A stretch of 63,741 bases of DNA, the filler included, from Klebsormidium nitens (taxonomy: Eukaryota; Plantae; Klebsormidiophyceae), in NCBI GenBank assembly GCA_000708835.1. It is 5 parts of 5 records of this genome, joined end to end, with 100 filler letters (N's around TTAATTAATTAA, not from the genome) between each part and the next. Parts side by side here need not be neighbours in the genome. Positions count along the whole stretch, not along the records: positions 45,932 to 49,090 come from DF237425.1; positions 49,191 to 60,087 come from DF238150.1; 3 more parts are not named here. The stretch is one strand, 5' to 3'. Positions 45,932-56,586 of this stretch are shown here, piece by piece. The translations under genes were made by a program, and so were the position numbers. Within the stretch, counting starts at the first letter, position 1. Each line of letters begins with the position of its first letter. Below the pieces are notes generated by a model. It worked only from the letters and a program-made list of their open reading frames with translations. It was not told where the DNA came from and did no database searches.

Positions 45932-48900
45932 GGAAGCGATAAGCTTGATTTTGCAAGTGTGTCCGCCACTTTGTTGCATTCCTGATGACGTTCTGCATTG
46001 GTTAGAGGGATAGCAGAATTGCGAGTGGAGGGTCTAGCATCGCGTTCATGCGCTTTAACATGTTCTATGATTGTCGAACCAGTGCGTAGAGAGATGACTT
46101 GTAAGATACGTAAGAGAAGAGAGCGGTCTGTGATGTGGTGCAACTCGTAGCTTTTAGGTGGAGAAGTTAAAAAACGGTTGATTTGGTCGACGAGTGGAGC
46201 TCGATCGCAGTAGATGGAAAGGTTTGTGTCAAGTCGCGTTACCATTAATGCCGCAAGTACGCCGTAAGCTTCAGCGCGAGCAATGGTTTGATGACCAGGA
46301 ATGCGGGAGACCATGTTCAAGGTAGGGTTTTCTGGAAAGTATATGCCAAAACCAGCGCGAGTGTTGTCTTTTGTTGCGCTACCGTCAGGATAAGCTTTTG
46401 TGATATTTAAAGAATATTTGCAATATTGGCCCCAGAAACTGAGAGTTTCGGAGGTGTCAGGACAAGCGTAGAGAGCGTTTGAGCGTAAAACGCGTTCAAG
46501 ATGTAGGTGGAGTAACACGCGAAGAGCTTTGCGTTGCCGAACGCTAGCACCCGGCAGCGAAAAAGAAGGGTGGAGGATGCGCGTCGAAGCATATTGAGTG
46601 AGAATTTGTGTAGTGGTTCGGGGCGCTCGATGGCGAAGACGAAGCCAAGGTGGGGAGGCAGTGGGAGAGATAGGGGGATCAAAATGTGGAGAAAGATCAG
46701 CCAGAGTGGTGATGTGTGCGGCACAAAGATTGTGAAACAGCCGAGTGATGTGAAGCCGAGTGATGCCGACCGATGCGAGATTGTCTAAATGTTCGTATGC
46801 TAAAGGCGCAAGGGTATTTGAAATTGCTTGGCTATAAATGTCCACTGTAGTGTCAAAAGTAATGAGGAGTGCCATATCAAGAGTGCGAAGATGGTCGGCA
46901 ACGCCTGCAAAAATAGGGCTGAAACGAGAGGCAGTCCAGGAAGTGCTTTGAAGTCCTTGATAGGAAAAGGGTGAAATTCCGTGGCAGGTCGTGTGTTTCA
47001 GATGTGTGTACGAAATCTGCGAAGTTAAACGACAAGGCAAATCGACTGCTTGGAGGCAGTTTTGAAGGAACTCTGCGCGAATACATTTTTGAAGGTTATG
47101 GATATTATACATCCCTTGGCTAATTAGCAGGTCCGTTGCGGTCGATCGTGCAAGATGAGCTAGGCGTTTGACCACCTTTACACAGCTAGTCGCAAAGCGG
47201 TCGAGATATGTTTTGGGGAACTGTATGAGGTACATTCGATAACGAAGCTTGGAGATAAGATCCGAATTGACATAGGTAATGGCTTCCTTTACACTCATGT
47301 GTGTTTTCCCGTAAAATGCGGTGCAAGCTTCTTCCAGTTTTTGAGCCATAACCTCGTATTGATAATGGAAATCGAGATGCATGTTAATAAAGTATCCAAG
47401 ATATTTGTATGACTTCCGCCCGTGGTAGGTAGGTATGTCGCCCCAACGACTTGTAGCCGTCGGAGGCCGGTATAAGGGATTTTCAGTGCGATATTGATAC
47501 GCGCATTTGAGTGGGTTAAGCGCCATGCCGTAATAGGTGAGAAAGCGATCGAGCATGTGGAGGATACGTTGGGCTTCGTCATGTGAGTTTCCAATGAGAG
47601 CCATATCATCGGCGTAACCGTTGACTGGGATGTTGATGGTGAGCATTGGGGAAGTTGGAGAGGCGCTCTGCATGCTGTAGCCAAGATTTTCGGATTGGAG
47701 CCAGTGGAAATACATATTGAGCACAAGGCAGAAAAGAGTGGGGCTCAAACAGTCACCTTCATGGACACCATTGGCTTTTGCTTGTGCAGATGAATAGCCG
47801 GTAGGACCTTTAGCTATACAGGTGAAATCCGTTTGAGTGTCGACAATGAGCGCTAAAAAGCTATTGCCCAAACCCAGAGCGGAGAGTGCATCCGTAAATG
47901 CCTGATACGGCACGCTAGGAAACGCGCCCTTGATATCTGTGTAGATGATGTGCAAAGGTTTTTTGTGAAGCTTAGCATCTGCAATAATATTCATGACGAC
48001 GGCGGCCTTATGTGCCGAATGTATGCCCTTACGGTTGGCACCTTGGTTGGCGTTTAGCCCCGCTTGCTCATGTAAAATGGATTGAAGTCGGCCGTTGAGG
48101 GTGCCAGTGATGAGTTTGAAGAGACAACTTAGAAGACTTATGCCACGATAGTTGCCGTACTGGAGAGGGTCGCCCGCTTTGTGTATAAAAGTAAGCATAG
48201 CCGATTTCATTGATGATGGAATTTCGCGTTGTGCTAAGAGAATATTGAGAAAGCGATGGAGTATAGCAATAAGATCTAAAGAAGCCGTGGTAGAATGAAA
48301 ACACATGTGCTTCAAGATGTTATATTGAACCCCGTCAATACCAGGGGAAGATTGACCCGTGTGTGTAAGGAAATGGCGGATCTCTATGATGGTCAGGGGA
48401 GCCATTAATGCAGTTTCGAGAGGGCCAACAGAGTTGCGCGCAGTATTCCAGAGAACTGGATCGAGCCACGGGGGAAGATCTGGTTCGGTGGAGTTGAGGG
48501 GCATTGTATTGGGCCGAGTGGCAGTGGCTGATGTGCCCCAGGTTTCGTTGACCGCAGCCCCAGTGAGCAGACGCGCCGGGTCCGTGGGGTCTTTCATGAT
48601 GCAAGGAAGTGGTGAACCAAATGTTTTGCCTCCGAGGTGATGTCGACGGCGGATGGTTGAGTTCAAGGGGCTGCTGGAAATAAGAGCTTGATCGTGCTGC
48701 TTTTTCTGTTGTTTGCTGAGGTATAGTTCATGATCATATGTCTTTTTCCAATGGATATAAAAATCGTGAATTAGTTGGCGGTGAGAGGTAAGCTCTGAGA
48801 GGGTCCAAGTGGCAAGCTGCGTTGAAAACGGACAGTTGTCAATTGTGGAAAGGGCGTCACGGATATGTGGGTTTGTATAGAATTGTGTGCGGGTAAAGCG

Positions 48901-49090
48901 CGCATTGCGTCGGGCGGGCTTGGTGAGGCGGTTGGCGCCTCGCACTTTGGCGGCGTGGAGATCGGCCAATGAAAGTTTATAATGTTGGATCCAGCAAAGA
49001 ACTTGTTGTGCTTGCCCGGCGCTGTGTGTTTTGTAAATGCGGTGGCGCCCAACTGTGGAGCCTGTGGCGTATATTGTAGAGGGTATTTCC
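45932..49090 (-). mobile_element. Non-LTR retrotransposon ORF: reverse transcriptase plus C-terminal RNase H, open across the whole contig
   Basis: RT motifs SPGIDG, NYRGISLLS, DIKGAFPSV, GVHEGDCLSP, GYADDMALI and YKYLG. RNase H motifs YPDGSA, ARAEAYG, IYCDR, HVKAH and NKVAD. No stop in more than 1000 codons. AT-richer than host exons and flanked by gaps. Confidence 0.95.
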
Positions 49091-49190
49091 NNNNNNNNNN
49101 NNNNNNNNNNNNNNNNNNNNNNNNNNNNNNNNNNTTAATTAATTAANNNNNNNNNNNNNNNNNNNNNNNNNNNNNNNNNNNNNNNNNNNN

Positions 49191-49889
49191 GGAAAAAGCG
49201 GGTCATTGGAGGAGGAGGAGGCGGACGACGGGGAAGGGGACGACGGGGAAGGGTTGGAAGACTACGAGTCCGAGGATGACGCCGGGTCGGTGGATTTGGA
49301 AGCGGACGACGACGAGATGGTGCCGCGCTTCCTCAACGAAAAGGAGGGCCGGGACACGTACGGTCCCGCGCCAGTGCGGGGGCTGGGAGACATGGGGCGG
49401 GGCTTCTGGCAGGACTTCGAGATTCCGGACGAGTTGGTCATGCTCCAGACCAACTACGATCCGGAGCTGGCGGAAAAGTTCCTCGCCCGGAACAACCTCT
49501 GGAAGGCCTCCATGGTGTCCCGAATCCTGCCCGTCACCGTCCAGTTCAACACCCCTGCCGAGGAGGTGTTCTTCTCCGAGGCGGTCATCCGGACGGCCTT
49601 CCCTGGCTTGCAGGACCACGGTCGGTCGCTGCACATGCAGGCGTTGCAGGTCGCCAATGGTGCCCCAATAGAGGCGACCGATCACGGCACGAGCGAGCAG
49701 CTGGCCCGGATCGCGTGGCGGCGGCGGGAGGAGAGGGAGACCTCGGAAGCCGACGACGGCTTAATGCTGACAGAGGCTGAACGGGAGTGGAAACGGAAGC
49801 GGCTCGAGGACCAGGCCTTGTTGGGGGAGCGCGCGGAGCATGAGATTGCGGCGGCCGCCATCGATTACAAGCGGCAGAATAGGGGGTAG
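49191..49889 (+). CDS. 3' part of a hypothetical protein (acidic N-part, globular core, helical tail), open into a gap
   Basis: Open from the gap edge to TAG at 49889, with strong GC3 bias. No family recognised. Confidence 0.5.
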   Translation, partial: GKSGSLEEEEADDGEGDDGEGLEDYESEDDAGSVDLEADDDEMVPRFLNEKEGRDTYGPAPVRGLGDMGRGFWQDFEIPDELVMLQTNYDPELAEKFLARNNLWKASMVSRILPVTVQFNTPAEEVFFSEAVIRTAFPGLQDHGRSLHMQALQVANGAPIEATDHGTSEQLARIAWRRREERETSEADDGLMLTEAEREWKRKRLEDQALLGERAEHEIAAAAIDYKRQNRG

Positions 49890-50369
49890 AGTCGTTGTTT
49901 CAGTAGGTGTTTGATTGGTACACAGTCGGGTTTGAGTGTGTTTAGGTTAGGCGCCTGATGTCCAAGAGTCGCTTAGAGGACGCGGATTAGTAAATGGCGC
50001 GGTAGGCTGTAAATGATGTTCTGCAGAACACAATATTGACTGTATGTGATTTTTTTGCTTTTAGGGTTTTGCAGACTTGCGTGATGCTTATAAGGATCGT
50101 ACAAGACACAGTTTGTGCCTTCGCAATGGACCGCCAGTGCTTCGAAGCTGATAATGTGTCCACGAATGCAGTAGAAATAAGAGTCCCCTTTTCTTTGCAC
50201 GCCGATGATCAGCGCGCGCTCCATCATCATGTTTCAAAGTAGTTTGGTATTTCGATTGAAGAGAACATCGGCCTCTATGATCATGGCATAGTTGGCACAT
50301 TTGTAAACTACGCGTCCCTGGTTATGTATGTTAACAATTCTTATGATTAATTGGTACATTTGATGGAAG

Positions 50370-50990
50370 CATGTGCGGAACCTATTACATGATATCACGA
50401 AAAGTCCTCTATCCGTGGTTATGATAATATATATTATTTAGATGTACCGTATGCACGTAGTGCATGGAGCCTCGGATTGAGCGTGCATCGTAGATTACTT
50501 GTATTCAAAATATATGAAGCATACTCCACTCCGAGACAGTGCGGCGCACGCATGCCACAACGTATACGACTTATTGGCAGAAGTAACGCGGCCAAGTGAT
50601 TTAGCTTTTTCCAAACTTAGGATATCAATCCGATCGACGGAGTCAAGTACCGGCTGCTTAATTTCTATATCATGATCGGATGTGTGGAACCAATCACATC
50701 ATGAAAGTTCTTTGTCCGTACTTATAACAATATTATTCATGAATACATAGTATATGTACATAAAGCTGTTTGAGCATGCATCAAAGAATTATAATGTGAT
50801 ATCACCGTAATATTTTTAAAACATACTACTCAACTCCAAATCGCGGCCTATGCATGCCACAACAGATAGTATGACTCCTATTTGACATTGGCAGTAATAC
50901 GAAGTAAGTTAAGACTTTCAAACAACTTGGCATATTAATAAACGGATGTACGCCGTCTACATACTAGTACTACCGGCTGCTAAACGAATT
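50370..50990. repeat. Degenerate tandem duplication of about 300 bp, AT-rich
   Basis: Shared anchors recur in the same order: gtg(c/t)ggaacc.at.acat, catact..act, gcatgccacaac, ttggcag, taccggctgct. Confidence 0.55.
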
Positions 50991-51217
50991 AAATAACTCG
51001 ACTGGTCAGTGGTAACGTTGTACGTGTTTAGCGCTATTTCCATAGTAGTATTAGTACCGTCAAGCATGTTATGCATGGTTCATCGGATCACTACGCCAGC
51101 ATTCAATTGTAATCGTACGCCGCAAAGAAGTTGATGCGGATCATCACGCCACTGGCATTACAGCGCAACTTTCGAGCATGGTACAATTTAATAGAGTCAT
51201 TGTTTGATTGTTCACAT

Positions 51218-54200
51218 CTATCTAAAATAGAGGTTTCTGTACACTAGACGTTTGTTATGCGTGAATGTGTGCTTGGGAACCATCATTTCTACCGACTTGA
51301 TGCTACTAATGGAGAGAACCTGGCAATAAGGCGTGCCTTCTGGTCGCCCCGGCATCCGAGCCCACTCCAATTGCGGACACTTTGTAGCATCCAAGAAACC
51401 AACCTCGTTATACCATCGCACGAACACCAGCTCGTGCGGCACCTTGGTAGGTACCCTTCGCCTTAAAGCATTATCCCACACGGTCTTCCGCTCGAACGCT
51501 CTGAAAAACATATGGGCCTTCCCGTACCACGTGTGCGTAACCGGGTCGTCCGGAGAGTCGGACGCAAAGGCTAAGTCGCTAAGGACCACGCTCCCGTGGA
51601 AGTCGGCGCTCGCTCTCGCCTGCTGAAGCCGGTCTCGGCCTCCAACATGCGGAACCACGTAGCACGAGTTGACCACCTCAATCTGCAAACGGGAGCGGGT
51701 TTTAGGGCCACTTTTCACAAACAATAGCGTAGCAGTCTGGGCAGCGTGCCAAAGATAAAGCCGTCATCAAAGCATTGCTAGCAACAGGGAAACCACGATA
51801 TTGCATGTTGTTCCGAGTCCGTTGAGCGACTGCACTCTGCTCACCCGGTCAGCGAGTTTGTCGTCGAGGTAACCCATAAGGTCCAAACCGCGAAGCTGGG
51901 CCGGCGGCATTTGCGCCTCCCCGGTGAAGTACAGAGCGAGAGCTGTGGGGAGCTCCGACAGAAGGGGGATGCTGCGCATCCACTGGAGGAGAAGGCGGCG
52001 TTGCTCCCAGCCTGCAAATGTGTACAAAGTTCAACGGTCGTAAGTAAAAGATCTTGTAAGAGTGATACGGCGTTGAGACATCGCGCACAGTTTCCAGAAA
52101 CAAGCAGCACTGCGGCAGTTCGGATATGATCCGGAGCTTTCCTTGCGCACGATATAACAAGACACAGACAGATGGCTTCTTTTGTAATCTACGCGCGTGG
52201 CTTCTCGGTACGATCTCGAGCATGCAGCTTGAAGGTACTCCGGACTCTATTGTAGGTAGTAAGAGTCGAGCCAGAACTCACCTCGAACGAGGAGGTCATT
52301 CGCTCGGTCAGGCGAAACCAACAGGTTTGGGATGAAGATTGTGAACAGCTCGGTCTTGTTCAACCGGTTCTCTCCACCGGTCGAGTTGGCATCCAGCGCA
52401 GCAAGAGCAGCTGAGTCGTACACATCCCGCCTCTGCAACTCCGTCAGCTCCGCCCGCTGGGCCTCGACGGACTCTATTGCGAGGGTGTTGTTCCAACTGC
52501 GGCTCCAAACAAAGCACCACGTTTTTAGAAATGAATGAAAGACGATGCTTTCAACCCTATAAGCGCCGCTCAAAGCGATAGCTCATCGGTAGGCAGCCCG
52601 AAATGAACCGCTTCACACAAGAAGGCCGCGGAAGATGCAGGAAAAGGCTAACTGCAGCTAAAGTTCTTACCTCTTGTGGAGCGCGTTCGAGATGTCCTTC
52701 CCATTCATCTCCTTCCACCACTTCTTCACCCAGTGATGCCTCCGTTCCCCCCTCTCCGTAGAAAACCACCTAGGCGAGCCGCAACGCCTGATGAAGTCCG
52801 TGAACTTGGACGTCTCGTGCATCTTCCGGAAGCACCAACGGGATGCTTGGTACCCCGCGATGGGTTTGCACTTTGCCTCAAACACCGCCAGCAGGGCGTC
52901 CGACTTGTCGAGAGAGTCGTCGTCGTGATCACCGTCCGGTGTCCAGAACGTGTGCCTAACCCATTCGCACAAGGCGACCGCCCACTCCGCAAGAACGTCC
53001 TTGCTGCGAATCTTACAGATTCCGACCACCATTAGGGGGAGAACCTGCAGGATGGCTTTCCACTCGTACGCCGGCGTGTTGCAGGGCTTGGTGAAGAAGT
53101 CCTTCTTGGAGGGGAGACGCAGGCCGCTTGGCCGGAATTTCAGGTACACCTGCACAAATAGAACCGCGCGGAATGAGGACAAGCAACTAGGAGAGGCAGG
53201 TTCGATAACAAAAAGCAACATCGGTTTGCTCGGGAAACGGCATGTCGGGAGCAGGTCGGGCATTGCGTCAGAATGTTTACAATACGAAACACACCTGATG
53301 CAATCGCACGTCCATCAGACTCATGAAGGCGGGTTCGCCCATCGGCAAGGCCCTCCCGACCGCCCCAAGGATCCCGATGAAGTGGTGGCCGAGGATGCCA
53401 CCGAAGATGGTATGAAGATCGTCAGGGGCCATCTTGCTGTAGACGTTGTTCCAGAAGCGGTCCGAGTAGTTCCAGTCCCAAAACCACGGCTGCATACAGA
53501 TGCGAGGAGCTGTTCACAAGCTTTCCGAAACATCTCACAAAGGCGCATTGTTGGAAAGGATGTGACGGCCGCAGCTTGTTCCAAGACGGAGCACTATGTC
53601 AACTGACCCCCCAGATTTCCTAAACAACCAGACAGACCGATGTTTTTGAAAGGGTGCGTCGCTCAGGTTGATCCTCACCTCCGAAAAGTGGATGCCATGC
53701 TCCTTGTTGAGCTCCACAATCCTTGCATGGGGCGCCCTCTCGTCGCGCTTCCGCTGCATCTGTTGGACGACCCCCCACATGTCGTCCTCTAACCGCGCGT
53801 CGTACGCACCTTGGTTCGCCCGAGTCACCAAGTGCATTTCGGTTATTGGGACCAGGCAGGAGTCGCAAGAGTTGGACCTGACCCCCGAGATCGATGAAGC
53901 CTCGCCGAGATCTTTGGAGATCACGTAGATGAAAGGAACAGCGTTGTGCTGTGCGCCGTTAGGATCCGTCACCTGAAACCCCTTGTAGGATGCTTTCCGA
54001 GTGCTTTCGAAGACAATGCTCATGGACCAGTTCATAAAGAACCGGCAGGTCTCCTTCAACCCCTCTGATCGGGGTTTGTAGCCAGGGCCGGGCCAGTCAG
54101 CGTCACCTCGAACGCTGGGCAGCAGGGCGACCAGCTGCATGCCGCTCTTCTGGTTGTACACCTCCCAAGAGAAGTTGCCCAGCGATATGTACATGGGGTA

Positions 54201-55727
54201 CGCCGACACTCGCCCGAGACCGTCCAAGGTGGTCTTGTCTAAGTAGACGATGATTGGGACGATGATGTGCTTGCCAACAAATGTGGGATCGTTGTCCACC
54301 TGAAGAAGAGGAAAAGGCAAACTGCATCAGGGTGGATGACAAGCACGCGAGGTAGGAGACTGCAAAGTCGACTCTAGATAAAGGAAGCACAATCAAATGT
54401 GTCACCTTGCATCCTAGTAACACGTCCCTTCGAGTCAACGGGCTCTATTCATCTGCTCTCACAAGAATGCAAAGGGACAATGAATGTCCCTTGCCTCATT
54501 TTGAGCGTCGTTCCAAAACGTTCCGGTACTCGGATGATTGTACTCCCGGATGATGATAACCTTCCCGTTCGCTCCCCGCCTGATCTCCTTGATTTTCACC
54601 TGCAGTGCACCGATGTTTCTTTTGCACGGATCATTCAAATTTCAAGCCACTAGAAACAGATGATGGCAAGAAGCTCTCACCCAAACCTACCGTACTCACG
54701 GGCGTACTCATTTGCCTCCCTCGGCTGCAAAGTGTAAATCAAGTATGCTAATTCAGAACCTGCTTGGGTCCCGCGCATCACACCCATATGAATCTGAGGG
54801 CCCACCTGCGGCTCGAGAACAAACCCCTTCTTGTTGTTCACGTCGGCGAACATCCTGCGGATGAGATCGAGTGCCGGGATGTAGGACAAGAGGATTGGTT
54901 CAGGGTCCTTGCCTGCCCTCTGCAAGTTGACAATCTTGGAGCCCTGCACGACAAACGCGAGCGTGAACAATCGACGTCACCACCTGTAGTGCGGAAATGT
55001 TCCAAACAATTGCCGTATACTACTTGCCCCGTGACATGCTCCGACTCCTCTACTTGCCGCTCGATTTCCCATTCTTAGCGTCTCAGGAAGGTCTTTGAAA
55101 TGGTGCACGCGCTCTGCTTTACTTAGAAGCGGGTTCACTTCACCTCACGAAGGGAGCAAACCCTTAGCCCCGCTCAATAGTTTGCGTCAGATGATTAACT
55201 CACATCACCAACGGCAGCTTTCATGATTGTCAGCTCCATATCACGGTGGGACTTCCACTTTGCCAAGCACTCCTCCAAGCGGTAGCGGTCGTCCTTCATG
55301 AGCTTCAACCACTCGTTCCTTGCCCGGTTAGGCAGCTTGGTACCTCCCGCACCAGCGGAATTCATCCAGAGGACCGTCTCCATCGCAGAGTCAAAGGGTG
55401 GCCCTGAGCTCCCGCCGCCACTATCTAGCTCGTCACTGTCCTCGTGAGCTGGCAGCTGCCCCTCAACATCATCCTCGATGATGAGATCAGCATTATCATC
55501 GTAGAAAGGACCTTCTGGTGGGTCAACATTGTTATCGTCAAACTCTACAACGGGCACAACAGGCTCCACTCGGCCCCCTGCTCTTTCGATGGCAGCCTTC
55601 ATTGATCTCACCACTCGGCATGCTGTTGATTGCTGATGGTGCCAATGCAGGTTAATCTGTGTATCAAACTTGGTGTTACAATGTACACAGGGGATGCCTT
55701 CTCCGTCTTTTCCAGCTGTTGATGCCA
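51218..55727 (-). mobile_element. Plavaka-type (CMC/EnSpm-related) DDE DNA transposase gene, 9 exons, apparently intact
   Basis: N-terminal CxxC...H zinc finger, REYNHPSTGTFWNDAQ, IIVYLDKTT...AYPMYISLGN, SKDLGEA...CDSC, PWFW...PDDLHT, FRKMHE...FIRRCGSPRWFSTERGERRH, and a C-terminal ELVFVRWY domain. These match Plavaka transposase motifs as I recall them. Splice phases are consistent across all exons. Confidence 0.8.
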
Positions 55728-56255
55728 TCACTAAGCAGAGGAATAAACAAAGAACTATCATTTTAAGCTACAAGCGGTTGACTACATACTGCCCTATATA
55801 GTTGGCAGCTCTGTTAAGCATATCCCAAAGATTCCCAGACATGAACTCTGCACATTCTTTCTGATCTGAAGCGCAACTGTAATTTGGGATGGACTGAATG
55901 GAGCTAAGCGCCATTCCGGATAAGGATAGCACTACATTCAGATGGCTTCAACAAGATTGCCGTTAATCTGCCGGAGCTGGTGATAGTACTAGTACTTTAA
56001 TAATAGTAGAGCCTAGCCCAAGCTGGAGAATGAGGGCAATGGCAATCAACGTCTTATAGCGCCAAGGTAACGTTTGAAGGCACTGTAGCGCTGCTCCTTT
56101 GAAGGCAGCGGGACAACCTAATTAATCAGAGATGTAGGAGGTAGCCTGTCACATCAGACATTCTAGTTGCTTAGCGCGAGTTAGCCAGCTAGGTGTTACT
56201 CTGTGATTATAGGGAATTCCGCGCCCTTCTTATCGACGGTCTGTGATCGTAGATG

Positions 56256-56383
56256 CAACATCGGACGGTGAATATTTTGAAAGATTCGAATTTTCGGACA
56301 TCGACGAAATTCCACCGTCCGATGTTGAGATCTAATTCGATCAACGGTTCACGCTCAAGGCACGGCCGAAATTCAAATTTCGG
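56256..56383. promoter_or_regulatory. Inverted repeats inside the divergent spacer of the transposase / partner gene pair
   Basis: Perfect 15-bp IR caacatcggacggtg (56256-56270) / caccgtccgatgttg (56313-56327). Palindrome ccgaaatt-ca-aatttcgg (56366-56383). The function is inferred. Confidence 0.4.
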
Positions 56384-56586
56384 TCTGGAGCCGGTGTCGT
56401 GACTCACTTACTGAGTCTGGCCTAGGCTACCCAAGTCTACAGTAGAGTGACAGGTAGCTCACAAAAAGTAGACTCTTAAGAGAAGGAAGAAGGGTGCCTC
56501 TCAAGTGCGCAGCGCAAGGTGTGTTTCCCCTAACATCCCATCCACAAGCAGCAGTAGTATAGTGCCGCAGCACCAAGGAGGCAAGT

